From: Raillietiella orientalis
Taxonomy: Eukaryota
DNA: 64,000 nucleotides
NCBI GenBank assembly: GCA_036172245.1
Contig: JAYWIR010000023.1
Location: forward strand, 2,046,001 to 2,110,000
Direction of reading: 5' to 3'
Under the pieces are notes generated by a model that was not told the DNA's origin, did not search any database, and saw only the letters and a list, made by a program, of their open reading frames with translations. Both the position numbers and the translations under genes were made by a program. This document shows positions 12,150 through 23,599 of the stretch, one piece after another; within the stretch, counting starts at the first letter, position 1; every line of letters starts with the position of its first letter.

Positions 12150-14372
12150 GAAACGAGAATGGGATCCTCCCTCCCTTTTTCTATTCACGGATGAAGGAAG
12201 AGAAGGGGAGAATTTTGAACTGCAGACTCGCTTCTGCAGGCAGCGTGACTCATCTCCTTCCGTTTGTGCGCAAAAGGAGTGATCTGAGACAGCACATTCC
12301 ATGTGAGAATGGAGAGCGGGAAGCGAAGATGAAAAAAAAAAAGAACTCACAGTCATGGCGATGGTTTCTATTTTTCTGCGATGAGCCCCGAGGCATGCCT
12401 CTCCCGGGGGCATGGAAGCGGCTGGCACCCTGCGAACCAAAGCCAAGAAAGAGCTCTCGTGGATGAGGAGTCGCAATGGAACTGTTTACCTCTTTCGTAA
12501 GGATTCGGGAGATATCTCTTGCGGGGTCCATTGTTCGTAGGCGCAAAAGCGTGCGCAGAGTACACTGAGAGAGTCGGCAGGAAGCGTCCGCCAGGAAACG
12601 TGCAGTGCCATGAACTCCACGAAGAGTGGACCGTCTGGGGTGGGCTTGCTAGGGGCCCGAGCTCGGAGGGAGCCTTCGCGCCTTGCTTTGTGCGTCTGCA
12701 GCTTCAAGGATGCGGATCGCCTCCGTTCCGGGAGTCCCCTCCCTACCCCCCCCCCCCTACCCCGCCGATCCCTCGGAGATCGTCTGCATTCCCGTAATCC
12801 ATTGCGGTCCGAGTTCCCGTTTACGGTGCGGTTCCATTGTTCAGATGCTTGCGGTCGCTGCGGAGGGTAGGAGGATCCAGGAAACTGCCTCCCAGCCTGC
12901 ATTTGATCTAGCGGAATCCGATTGGATCCGATGTGCTACATCCGCAAGCTTGACTGTCAGTGACGGCAGCGAGGATCCTGCTTTCTGGGGACCGCGGAGG
13001 CGATCAAACAGGAACGCGACGACGGCTTCTGCAAGGAAGATGATTTCTGCGTTCCGCGGAACGGGACTGCAGGTGCGCTAGAGTCCGACCCTATATTAGA
13101 GGGCGTGTGGGGGCAGAGATTTCCGCTCGTGGCAACGTGCATTGCCGGTTCAAATCCCACCCGGGGAAGGATCCACGGCAGAGAAAAGGGTGCGTCGTGA
13201 GTTCGAGTCCCCTACGCAAAATAGCGCTGGCTGACCTGCATTCGGGTGCGGCACTGATTGATACTCGGTGACGCCGGGGCGTGAATTCATAAAAAATAAA
13301 CACACACGTCTGTGGCAGGAGCCACGTTACTTATAACTACGAGAAGGAACCTGCCGGGAACTGGCACGCAGACCGGCGCCGGTTCGACTCGGCAGCACAG
13401 GAGAAGGGGAAACAAACAAAAAGTAACAAAAAAAATGAAACAAGAAAAATACAGTTGAAAAGACGGAGGAGTTCGGGAGGGGATCACCGGATGCTGCAGG
13501 GTGTCCTCTGCATCCTTGTAAGGATGTCGACAAGTTCCTGTTTCGAGACTCCGAAGATGGGGCCATCTTGACGCCATCCTCATGAAGAGGACAGCACAGT
13601 AGATGGCGTCCCTGTCGTTCTGGTCTCCTCTGGCGTTGCTGCTCCATGCAGCCACGATCCGGCCGCGTGGGCATCAAAGTGCTGCTAGGGATGAGGCCTG
13701 CATGAAGGCGTCGCGCAGGAAGAGGCGCTTGTAAACGTTTCTGGCGTTGCCGCTGTGGGCTCCAAGGGTCACGGCAAGGCGTCCCCAAAAGGGCTGGAGA
13801 GCAGTACAGTCCACTAGGAGGTGCGGGAGGGATTCCCACTCCCTGCACCTTGGGCAGCTTGGATCCACACACATCCATGTCCAATAATGCTGGTGAACGT
13901 TGTACGGGAGGACCAGTGCAGCAGCATCAATGCCGGTCCCTGCTCATGTATGGATATCTTTATTGGGAGGATGAGGATGTTCGTGAGCACCGGAGCCACT
14001 GCAGGTCTTCCTCTCGAGTTCTCTTCAGAGAAGCAAACCAGGAGCGGTGTTCCCTCTGGAGAAGAAATAAGGAGTGGCTCCTTCTGGGGGTTCCTCTGAA
14101 GAGAATGAAGGAGAAAGCTCCCTAGGTTCCCTTCGGAAACAACCAGGGTGAGGGTTCCCTTCGGGATTCCCTCCCAAAGGTAAGAAAGACTCCCGTCTTC
14201 GGAGCCTTTTTGGATCCACAGGATGGTCTTATGAATCCAGGAAGTCCTAACTTGAAGACTCCTGGGGTGGCCACTAACTTGAAGAGTTATACAAGCACCA
14301 TCGGGAGTAGTGGAACAGTGTTAAGGAGCTTCGGGAGCCGTCAGGAGAATGGTTCTCGAGTACTTAGAGAAC
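12150..14372 (+). mobile_element. Gypsy pol relic, copy B, interrupted by a LINE segment at 13257-14011
   Basis: LLRGPLFV...PPGNV...TVWGGL...APCFV (GHPG..VWWPG..CxxC-like); 3' part homologous to 11600-11980 and 26400-26755. Confidence 0.65.
13257..14011 (-). mobile_element. L1/Tx1-clade LINE 3' end (zf-RVT CCHC plus 3' UTR)
   Basis: CPRCREWESLPHLLVDC zinc knuckle, RWPHL, pyrimidine-rich 3' UTR; near-identical to 24701-25455. Confidence 0.85.
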
Positions 14373-14449
14373 CAAAGAGAGAAGAAAAAGGGAAGGAAGG
14401 AGGGAAAGGGAACAGAGGGCAGATCGCAGAATCCCAATGATTGTATCTG

Positions 14450-15950
14450 GAATGCTACTGTGCAGAGACTACCTTGGTAATGAAAATCTTTGCTAACCGA
14501 GAGAGGAGCGTGCTTTTAGGCTCCACCGAAAGTCCCCTTTGCAAGGTTTGTGACAGACTTGCAGGATATTCGGGAAGGAAGAGATGGCGGGAGCGAATTG
14601 GCGTCTTGCAGCTCTCATCACCATGGGTTTCGCCGTGTGTCAAATGTCACGTGGCGTGCGTATGGTTCGGGGGGTGATCGCACACGTTGGCTAGCGGGAA
14701 ACAAAAACTTCCAGCGCAGTGCTTGCGGCATGTCTCATAGGGGGGGATGAAGACGCAGCTTCATGTATGGATATCTATAGATATCCTATGCGGAGCACTA
14801 CATAAAATGCATATACCCATAATCAGGTATGGGATGCGAGGAAGAGGTGAACCTTCATTTCGTCAGACATGACGTCATAAAGGATTGGAGGTCCTCGATT
14901 ACGAGGGGAGGAAAAAGCGGGATCCAAGTCGCTTCGGTTCCCGCAAATCGAGTTTTCTCCATGTTTGCACATTTCTTTCGCGCGAGCCTTTCGAGTAGCA
15001 TCTACCAGGGAAGGTATCCGTTGGAATCAATTAGAAATGACGAAGGATACCGAATGAGGGAAGATGTTGGAGAAAGCGAAAGAAGCTGTGGCATTGGCAA
15101 GGGACGAACTGGAAAAAATAGAATGTTCTGTTACTGAGCACGATGAGTTGCTATCGGTTACGAAGTATTTGTTTCTTTTCAGGGAACTGGAGGGATGGAG
15201 GGATAATACGGCTCCAAGAGGTTCACCCGAGCATGAGACGCCATCTGCTTTCGTGAATGAGAAGCCTAAAAAAATGGGACTATATGACAGTGAGCTGAGA
15301 CCTGAATTCAGAGCTGGGGAATTTTGCAGCATCCTATCCTGTGTGATGATTCCGTCCTTTGGAGACTCCATGATTAGGAAATCATCGCAGTGCCTTGCTA
15401 AAGGAACGGATGAGAGCTTGCACCTTTTCCTTGGAACCCTGAGCTGAGAGTCCATTCATCTTGTTTCTCTCATCCCAAAGTTCTAGATTTATAAACTCGA
15501 TTTCTGCTATTTTTCTCTCTCTTCGCACTTACGTATGGCGCTTCTTCCGAAGAATGATGCATTCCTATGAGCAAGTGTTCACTTTCTTCCCGAATAGGAG
15601 CCTCGTGTGCTCTTTAGAGTCTTGTTCTTCAGCATCTCTTGGAAGGTGATCAGCTCCGGCGTGGAAGTCTTTCAATATGAGCTTGCAAGTGCTTCCTATA
15701 TGCTCCAGTCAGGGAGTATTCGAAGGCTTATCTATTTACATTCCGATTCCCAAGAATGAAATGAGCGCAGGCGAAATCCGATTTGCGTCTTCTTTTGTTT
15801 CCAACGTTCTCGCTGGAAAGATGAGTATCTTTGCTGTTGCTTCTTCCCCGTTGGATTCCTTCGACCACTTGAACTTCTCAAATTAACCTAGAATTACACA
15901 CAGACACACTTGGACCCTATTAGTTCCATGCCTCTGGATTACTTCCACGC
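14450..15950 (+). mobile_element. hAT (ZBED/Ac-like) transposase pseudogene
   Basis: Motifs in the expected order: GCEEEVNLHFV (CxAHxxNL), IRWNQ (TRWNS), KAKEAV...LLSVTKYL, CVMIPSF (LDPRF), VLAGKMSIFAVASSPLD..FS (hATC). Confidence 0.6.
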
Positions 15951-16769
15951 GCTTGGTTCCAAAACACAGCCGATGATACCATTGTCCGAGTTTTCAAAAT
16001 AGCGGCAAGAAGTTTGTCAAAGTAACAGAGTAACCGATTAAGCCGGTGGAAGGTTATTTCCATCTCGGTGACTTGAGATCCAGAAAGGGTCACAGCACCA
16101 TTCAAGAGAGATGGCAAAGAGCCAAAGAACGGATATCTGTTTGAATTCTGTGTTACCGATAAAAGAGATAATTTGAATGTCATTGATCTTTTAAAGAAAA
16201 AAGTGAATCCCTCTGACATCACTTATTTCCTACAGCCATAAAGGTGATTGCTTTCATTAAGAAGATTCCGAAAGTTGGGAAACATGGAAAGATGAAACTT
16301 TTCGAAGGATAATTCTGATCCATCAGATAAGAATTTCCCTCCCTTCCCTCCAGAAAGGCGCGTCTGGATATCGCCATTGAAACGAATCAGAATCGGAATT
16401 GCAATCTTCAGGAACTTTCTACTTTATGCCCCGATCGCAAGATTACATCTCCATGAAATCGAAGGAAAACTGCAAAGCAGCACCAGAAATGGACATTAGC
16501 AAGTTGCAAGCCAGAAATTCATGTTTCTGGAATGACACATATTTGTCATGGAAATGTGCGTTCGGACTGGTGAATATCTCTAGACTTTTCCTGCAGATCT
16601 GAGAGTCTGTCCACCTGCATCTGGGCACTGCGTCTCTCTTCCACTGCCCTCCACCATCATCCAGGGTCTTCGTACTGTTTGATTTTGCCATTCCTGCTGC
16701 TTGGAGTTTCACTCTTCTGAGCTGGCTTCAAAGCATTCCCCTCCTCTGACGGCTTCATCATCCATGGAT

Positions 16770-16990
16770 CTAGCAGACGGACAGTACAGGGAAGAAGAGT
16801 ACCAAACGGTTCCCCTTCCAAGCATTCGATGAACTCGAATTTGTTCGGTGCTTCCGAGTGAAAGAAAGTTATGCGAACTCTAGAAGGAAAGGAATCTCTA
16901 AATGTACTGAGAGACAATCCCTGGAAACTAAGATAAATTGTTCTCAGAGTTGTGTCCCATTCGGACAATGGCGACTGCTTCCAAGGACCT
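16770..16990 (+). mobile_element. Harbinger/PIF transposase N-terminal relic; a second ~75-bp copy lies at 18065-18138
   Basis: RFPFQAFDELEFVRCFR...QSLETKI/IVLR...GDCFQ resembles the HARBI1-type EFxxxFR...SPExQ..ALRF..GxFQ segment; direct nucleotide similarity between 16780-16857 and 18065-18138. Confidence 0.4.
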
Positions 16991-18479
16991 CATCATAATC
17001 ACATCATTTCATCTTTTGGAGTCTAAAAACTACGAAAGCTTCATGTGCTCAGTTGCAGACTTGAAACTAGGGTGCCATGAAAAAATACAAACCCTACTTC
17101 TCAGGTCCTATGCAGAGTGCTTCTTCGATAGCATCAAGCTTTTGAGTCCCGCTTGTTTCCATGGTAATTTTCTGAACAATAGAGGTTTTTTCTTCGGAAA
17201 GTATCGTTTCGCTTTAACAGTGCTTCATTCTCAGCTTGCTGCGAGCGCACCTTGGGTCATCGAATCCTGTCACGGCATCTGTTTCGTGAAGCTGTCATCA
17301 TCGATCCATTCTCCTTCGTTCAGACCTCGTGCATCGTAATCACATTTATTGGTTCCATCTTCAGACTCATACATGGACTCCTCACTTCCCGTCCCATTCT
17401 TTTGTTTGGCTCACCACTTGGTCCCTTTCCTGAATCACCGAAACTCTCGCGGTCACAGGTTTCTCCGAGTGAACCTTCCCAGCTCTCGTAGCTAGAAGAA
17501 CGAAAAACGCCGAGATTTTTTTTCCTGGCTGCCGAAATTGGAATCCATCGGAGGATGCCTGATTTTTTTTTTGTGTAAGATGCGAGTGCCTCCATGTAAA
17601 AGAACAGTGATTTGCTTCGATTCGATTCTCCTGATCTGTTCCGCATGCCTCTGTCCCCGTGGTTCGGGAGGATGTCTCGGAAAATTGGATGTCCGATACA
17701 AGAGTAAAGGAATGAGTAAATGTCTGGGAAGCTGCGCTATTTGCTATGGAAGACTGCCTCTTCACCAACACCCTGTTTGATGAGGAGGGTAGCAAGATGG
17801 TCTCACCTCTTATCGGAAATCAAGGAGGATACCTTGATAATCACCTGGACCTCGCCAAGGCAGGCTGTAAGGAAAAACGCTGGAGAACCTCTCGCTGACC
17901 TCCTCCGCTTCCTCCTCCTCTTTCCATGAATCGCGGTGTTTTCAAGCTTTCATGCAGTGACTCCTTTTTTCTTTTTCTGCTAATGTATTTTGAACGAGGT
18001 TGCTTGGTTACTCTTTGCTCCTGTGATCTTCCTCTCCACCCTTCCATTCCTCGTGTGCTTCAGGAGGACAGTACGGAAGAGTACCAAACGGTTCCCCTCC
18101 CAATCATTCGATAAACTAGAATTTGTTCGGTGTTTCCGTTTTCTTTTTTCTTGCCGATCTTCGTGTCCACGTAATCCGTGAAGCGATTTTGATGCTTTTA
18201 TGTTTATTTCTTATCTAAATAAACTTTCTGGTGCAGCCGTCTCATCCCGGATTGTCAGATCATTCGTTCTGAATAAATAAATAGATCAAAGCTAACACAG
18301 TTTGTGACTGGCGTGAGTCGGCTCTACCAAATGGGACCGAACCCGAACTGGAGACAGAACTGGGGAAGAGTGCAGGGAGAAAAGGGAAGGTCAGTAGATA
18401 AATGAATAAATAAATGAGTAAATAGAGAACGGGGTCAACCGACCCTGCGCTACTCAGTAATGTAATTTTCGAAGACCCA

Positions 18480-20370
18480 TCTCAGATAAGGGAAGGATGG
18501 AAGGGGTGAGTATGCGCTCTCGCCAGTATCAGGTCAGTCTCAGTCTGTCCAAAATGACCCAAAGGTCCCTTGGACCTCGCGTTCCGCACTGGGTCATCTC
18601 GCTGCCCTTTGCGTGTAAGCGTTGGAGAGGATTACAAACGGCTGCCTATTCGGCCACAGTTACTCGCACGTGGCAGAGGATCAACATCGAGAAGTCAACT
18701 GGTGGAACTGGAGAAGCAAACATTCCCCTGAACCGGTCTTCTGCGAAGTTATCGGACAAGTGAAGTGCTTCAACGACGCGCTCCTATTCTTGACGCAACT
18801 TCTCGCATTCCAGCAGTACATGCGGGAGCATTTCCCCTTGTCTTGCATTGGGGTATTCCTTGGCTACTTTCTTCGCTAAGGAGTGGTGGCGTTCCTCGTT
18901 TCGAGGGAGTGCCCTGTGCACCCAGCAGGATGGCGGTCTGCAGGCACCGGAGAGAAAGCACAGAGGCGTCGACCAGGAGACACGGGATCTCGGAGCCCTT
19001 CTGGGGGATCTTCAGCGATTCCATCCGTCATTGTTGATCCTGAGCTAGAACTTTTGGAGTGGTCTCGTTCGTCAGATGAGACGTTTTTCCGATGTCTGAT
19101 GGGCTTAGTGACCTCCGAAATACGGCAGATCGCCTCCCACGGCTGCAGGATCATCCCCTTCTTCTTGATCTCAACGATGAAGTAATGGACGCGTGACATC
19201 CTCAATGGTCGCACGTTGAGATCTGGAAAGTGTGCTAACCTCGTCCAGTATCCTTCAAAGGGGTAGTATTCCCAGACTGTTGTCAGGGATGAGGGATTGG
19301 ATTTTCCACCCGCATGCACATTTTCAGTTTTTCTTGCCGCCAAACATTCTGTTTAGTACCTTCATCAGCAACGCAATCGGGAGAAACTGAAAATGACCCA
19401 GACCTCGCCATCGCCTGCGGTTGCGTGGGAGGATGAATGCTAATCGTTCGCAGATTGCTACATTCTTCAGGGGAATGCGCGAAGGGAGACTCCAGTGAGT
19501 GCTCTTCAGCCTCTCCATGATGCTCCGGAATGATATTCGCATCTGCATTTGTTCGGCAGAGAATAACTTCAGGCATCCTGGCGAAGTGGAACCAAGTCTT
19601 TCGGTCGCACTTCAAATTTGACAAGAGCTGGATATTCCTGAGGAAGACCTACAGTGTCCTCCGGTTCTTTTGGACACCTGCACCCTCCCCTCAAAGTGGC
19701 AGGAGTCAGCGCTGATGGTTGCACTGGAACCTCCCGTGCAACGGCCGCTGGCATCTCTGGACACGAGGGCGTGTGGATGCGAACTGTGCAGAGTGCAGAG
19801 AGCGCGCGAATCCCTGCAGCACCTGATTGTGTTGCTCTCCAGCCCCTCTGGGAACGCTTCACCGCGACCTTAGAAACCCCCAGCGGCAATTCGAGGGACT
19901 GTTTACGACCTCTTCTCCTACGCGACGCCCATGGGCCGGCAGAATCGTTAGCAGCCCTGTGCTGCCTACGCGGGATTGTGGCTGCTTGGAGACACGCAAG
20001 AGGAGGGCACAGCAATGGGGATGCCATCCGCTTCATGAGGGTGGCAACAAGATGGTTCCACCTGAAGAACAGAATGCAGAAAAAGCTTGCCGGCTTCCTC
20101 CAAAGGATGCAGAGGACTGTTCCCAGAAGGACGTGATCCCTTCACGCACCCCCTTCATCTTCCCAAATTTGTTTATTTCCTTTCTTTTTTCTTTTTGTTT
20201 GCTTTTCTCCTCTCTGCTGTCTTGGCGGACCTCGCTAGTCTGCGCACCGGTGACGTGACAGGTTTGCTCAGAAAAGGACATGGTTGGATCACCGGTCCAG
20301 CCACAGAGATCTTAAATGTTTATTTTTTAATATGAAACAAGCGCCCCAGAGCACTCGGGTGGCGATCAAA
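18480..20370 (+). mobile_element. L1/Tx1-clade LINE, 5'-truncated and degraded (RT thumb to 3' end)
   Basis: ALCTQQDGGL (LxxPxxxGGL), degraded CCHC, LAALCCLRGIVAAW...AIRFMRVATRWFHL homologous to the other copies; T-rich 3' UTR. Confidence 0.8.
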
Positions 20371-23050
20371 TCTGGCAGAGCCCCACAAGGCTTGCCGCGT
20401 TGCCGGGCGACCTGATGCCGCATCCGACAGTCCCCGCAGCCCACGCACACAACAGAAGGGGACAGAGAAAGGGGTGCGACAAAGGTGTTCCAGGCAGACG
20501 CCCTCTCAGGGAGCAAAAGTTCTCTGCAGCGAAAGAAGCCGCGGCACGTTGCGCCTTTTCTGAGCAGACGGATCAGAAACTCCCTCAGGGAGAACGAACT
20601 CACAGCTGCTTCCAGGTGGGTCCCATGGGAGTTCGTGAATAAGGCCAGTCCACGACCACCGTCGAACCGGAAACGTCAGTTTGGGACTTCTACTCGTTCG
20701 TCTGCACGACGGTGCCCCTCGCAAGCGAGCTCGAAGGACGTCTCGAGTGTGGTTCGCGTGGGCAGCAGGAGGAGCAAGCCGTCTGCGCAGGTCTCACTCA
20801 CTCCAGACGCGTCCCGACGAGCTCAACGGGAGATCAGCCAGAGCGTGCCCGCGCGCGTTCGACACCAGTGCAAAGAACAGGCTGACGGGTATCAGGTCCG
20901 AGGTGTCTCCCTGGGAAATTCCCACTCCGATCCTGGTGCCTTCTGTTAGAAGGCAGCCGCCGGAAGGAATGAAAATTCTTTCCCCGCTCCACAGAGAACG
21001 CAGGTAGGCGAGGAGAAAAGCTGGAAAGCCAAGCCGTTCTGGAGGATGGAGAGGGAGCTTCTAGTCAATGCAGGCGGAAGGCTTTTAAAGGGAGGCCACG
21101 ACAGAAAGGGCCGGATGGTTTCCTCGGATGGAATCCCGAGCTCCCGGCTCCTCTCGAGACCTTTTTAGAAGCGGCCGTGACTTTCTCTCGTAGCCCGAAG
21201 AAGGTGTGGGCACGGAGCAATTTTGGCATCCGCGGTTCGACCCGGGACCCGCAGTTCTGTTTCGGGTCCGTAATAAATCCTGCTAGCTGTTCCGTTAGCA
21301 CCTAGGAGAGCAGCTTGACGTTCACGAGAGTGATGGAAAGATAGTCGCCAAGGCAGCACGGTCTCTCTTCTTGGGGGGCAGGTGGCTGATCTGAAGGATG
21401 CAAGCACTAGGCCCGTCTCTCGGATCAGCAGCGCTAATTCGTGCACCATGGGTGCATGTCGTGCAACAGAGCGTTTTGTAAAAGCCCGAGGGTAGGCAGC
21501 CCTCTGCGCCTGGTGTGAGCCCTCCGATGAAGGCCATGTTATTTCGCTTATAGCGAAGAGATCATCGGTCTCTCTGGGACGGTCTGCGCGTTGTGACCTC
21601 GAGGGGCTGCGTGATGACACAGTCTTCGTTGGTAGGCGCCCTCGCGTACAGACGGCATCGGCAGCTTTGTGGGATGCGTCGTACCGGCTTCGGCGAGGTA
21701 CCCTGCTTGGCCTTCGGAGTTCGGCAGTCCTCTTTCACCTAGCTGCTCGAGTTTGCCTCTCATCTAATGCAAAAGGTTCCTCAAGGAGCCCGAAGTCAGA
21801 CTGTCCGCCGAAAATGCGGGCTTGGAGGAAGGCCGCTGCTTCGTGTCCTCCGTTCCTTCCGTGTCCTCTCACGTCTGCTCCTCGGATGGGCTCCAGGGAG
21901 GTGTCCTCAGACGCAACGGACAATTCTGAGTTTTCGGCAGGAATGGTGACGCTGATCGATCTCTCCTGGCCCAGCTTGCGAAGATTCTCCTTCGAGGGAA
22001 CGGCTTCCGCTTCCGAAAGAATTCCACAACCGGAAGTGCGAGATCACACAGCAGCATTCTTCTCCAGTACAGAGCCTCATGTTGACTTCCTACGTTGTCA
22101 GGCCAAGGAGGAAGGGAGAAGAGAAGGGAGGACCGTACACCGGAGCGTTCCAGCAAATAGCACAGCTGCTTCATCTCTTCCGAGAGGTGCTCACACACCC
22201 AGTCTTTGCTCCAGCTGGTCACCTCACTAGAAGGAAGAACGAAGGTGCCGCTCCCCTTCCTCTATGGAGAACGCGGCGACCGTTCAGTCTTCCTCTTTTT
22301 GTTCTTTTCCTTGTCCACCTTCGTCCGTTCCGTCTACTCGTCTTCTCTCTGCTTTTTCTGCGAAGAGCTCGGGAGGTCAGTTGGTGCTTATAGGCGCGAT
22401 CACGGGTGCCTCTGCTGCCGTTTCTTGAGGTGCCCCTCCTCCTTGCAATAGCTGCACACCTTTTTCTTCCCATTTCCTCAAGGAGATGGGGGGTGGATCC
22501 TTCCAGCTGCAGTATGCAAGGCGCCGCTTCCCCGTTGCACACCGAAAGCCTACAATGCACGTTTCCGAACGCCATCACGGGGTTAGGTCTTGCACCAGGT
22601 GGTGGCATGCTCCTCCGGGACCGTCGCGGTTGACTCTTCCGCAACTCGAAGAGGATGGGATGAACCTAAGGAGGGAGCCGCTCACGTCGAAGGCATGATC
22701 TTCCTCCCACCCGGGGCTAGCGAGGTGCGCAGCAGGCTCTGCGAGAGCACCGGATCTCTGCAGGAGAGAGCTCCTGTGAGTCACTGACGCTCGCAGGCAC
22801 GGGGAAGAAAAGGTCCTTTCCCCTCCCAATGACACGAGTGACTTCTCTTCCCAGATCCCTCAACGTTTCTTTAGCACCCATGCGACCGATCCGAACAGAG
22901 TAGGACAGACTTCTCGTTGCTCTGCGTCGACGGGAGATACTCCTTGGAGGACCACTGCCGCCACCACATCTTCCTCCTGGCGGCCGCTTGCCGTTCCACA
23001 GCTCGATCCGGCGACGTACTGTAGACTGCTCTGGAGAGCTCTTTTCCTGG
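20370..23050 (-). mobile_element. L1/Tx1-clade LINE, degraded ORF1 plus ORF2 (EN/RT), 3'-truncated
   Basis: ORF1 knuckle VCSYCKEEGHLKK at ~22415-22460. RT motifs across frameshifts: TPGAEG.LPSGFYK, PKKRD..NYLSITLVNVKLLS, TDPKQNCG/PGR, KAF, GISQGDT..LFF, CADG (YADD), LLLPERASAWNTFV. Confidence 0.8.
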
Positions 23051-23071
23051 TGGCTTCCCTCGAGGAAGCGC

Positions 23072-23141
23072 CATGGGGCACTAACGAAGTGCCCATGACT
23101 TGTGTTTGGTGAAGTGTCCACCAAACACAAGCTGATTGACC
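23072..23141. repeat. double-hairpin dispersed repeat; diverged copy at ~26911-26977
   Basis: Perfect 13-bp stem cttgtgtttggtg(23099-23111)/caccaaacacaag(23119-23131), preceded by catggggcact/agtgcccatg; related sequence at 26921-26975. Confidence 0.7.
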
Positions 23142-23599
23142 ATACTTCTGCAAGATGGCTCAGCTAGCCAAATCCGAGAAAGATGCTAGAAAGTGCAATG
23201 CCTCGGCTGACTTACTAACTCAAGCCCTAACCGAAGGACGACGGCTTCAAAAGGGTGATCGCCTTCTTAACAAAAACCTGGCGTTTACCTTCAGCTGCGG
23301 TGTCCGCTTGCAGTCGTTATAGACGATGAGCGTTAAGGGTGTTTAAGGAGGGCGATGCTGCAAGTGATGTGCGTCCACCTACCCGCTTCAAACCCTTGAC
23401 GTTGTTGCTATTGGTTCAGCTGATTCCTTGATATTCGCCTTCGTACAGATACTTCGTACGGCTTTACACAGAGTCTGATTTTGATTAAATTTAATCATAA
23501 TTTATGCAAGACTAAAAAAAAATACTGTGATGCTCGAGAGACGAAGCTGCTTTTCGGGACGCAAAGGACATTCGATCAGAGATTGCATTCCGGTTTCCC

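Noticed and set aside
13130..13212. tRNA B-box-like strings (ggttcaaatccc, gagttcgagtccc), with related strings at ~11220-11305 and ~24625-24645
   Set aside because: No cloverleaf or A-box; the segments correspond to the WVR/KW motifs of the Gypsy integrase C-terminus.
18480..23050. Twin-priming inversion of a single LINE
   Set aside because: The orientation is tail-to-tail rather than head-to-head, and the overlapping thumb regions are too diverged to come from one element.
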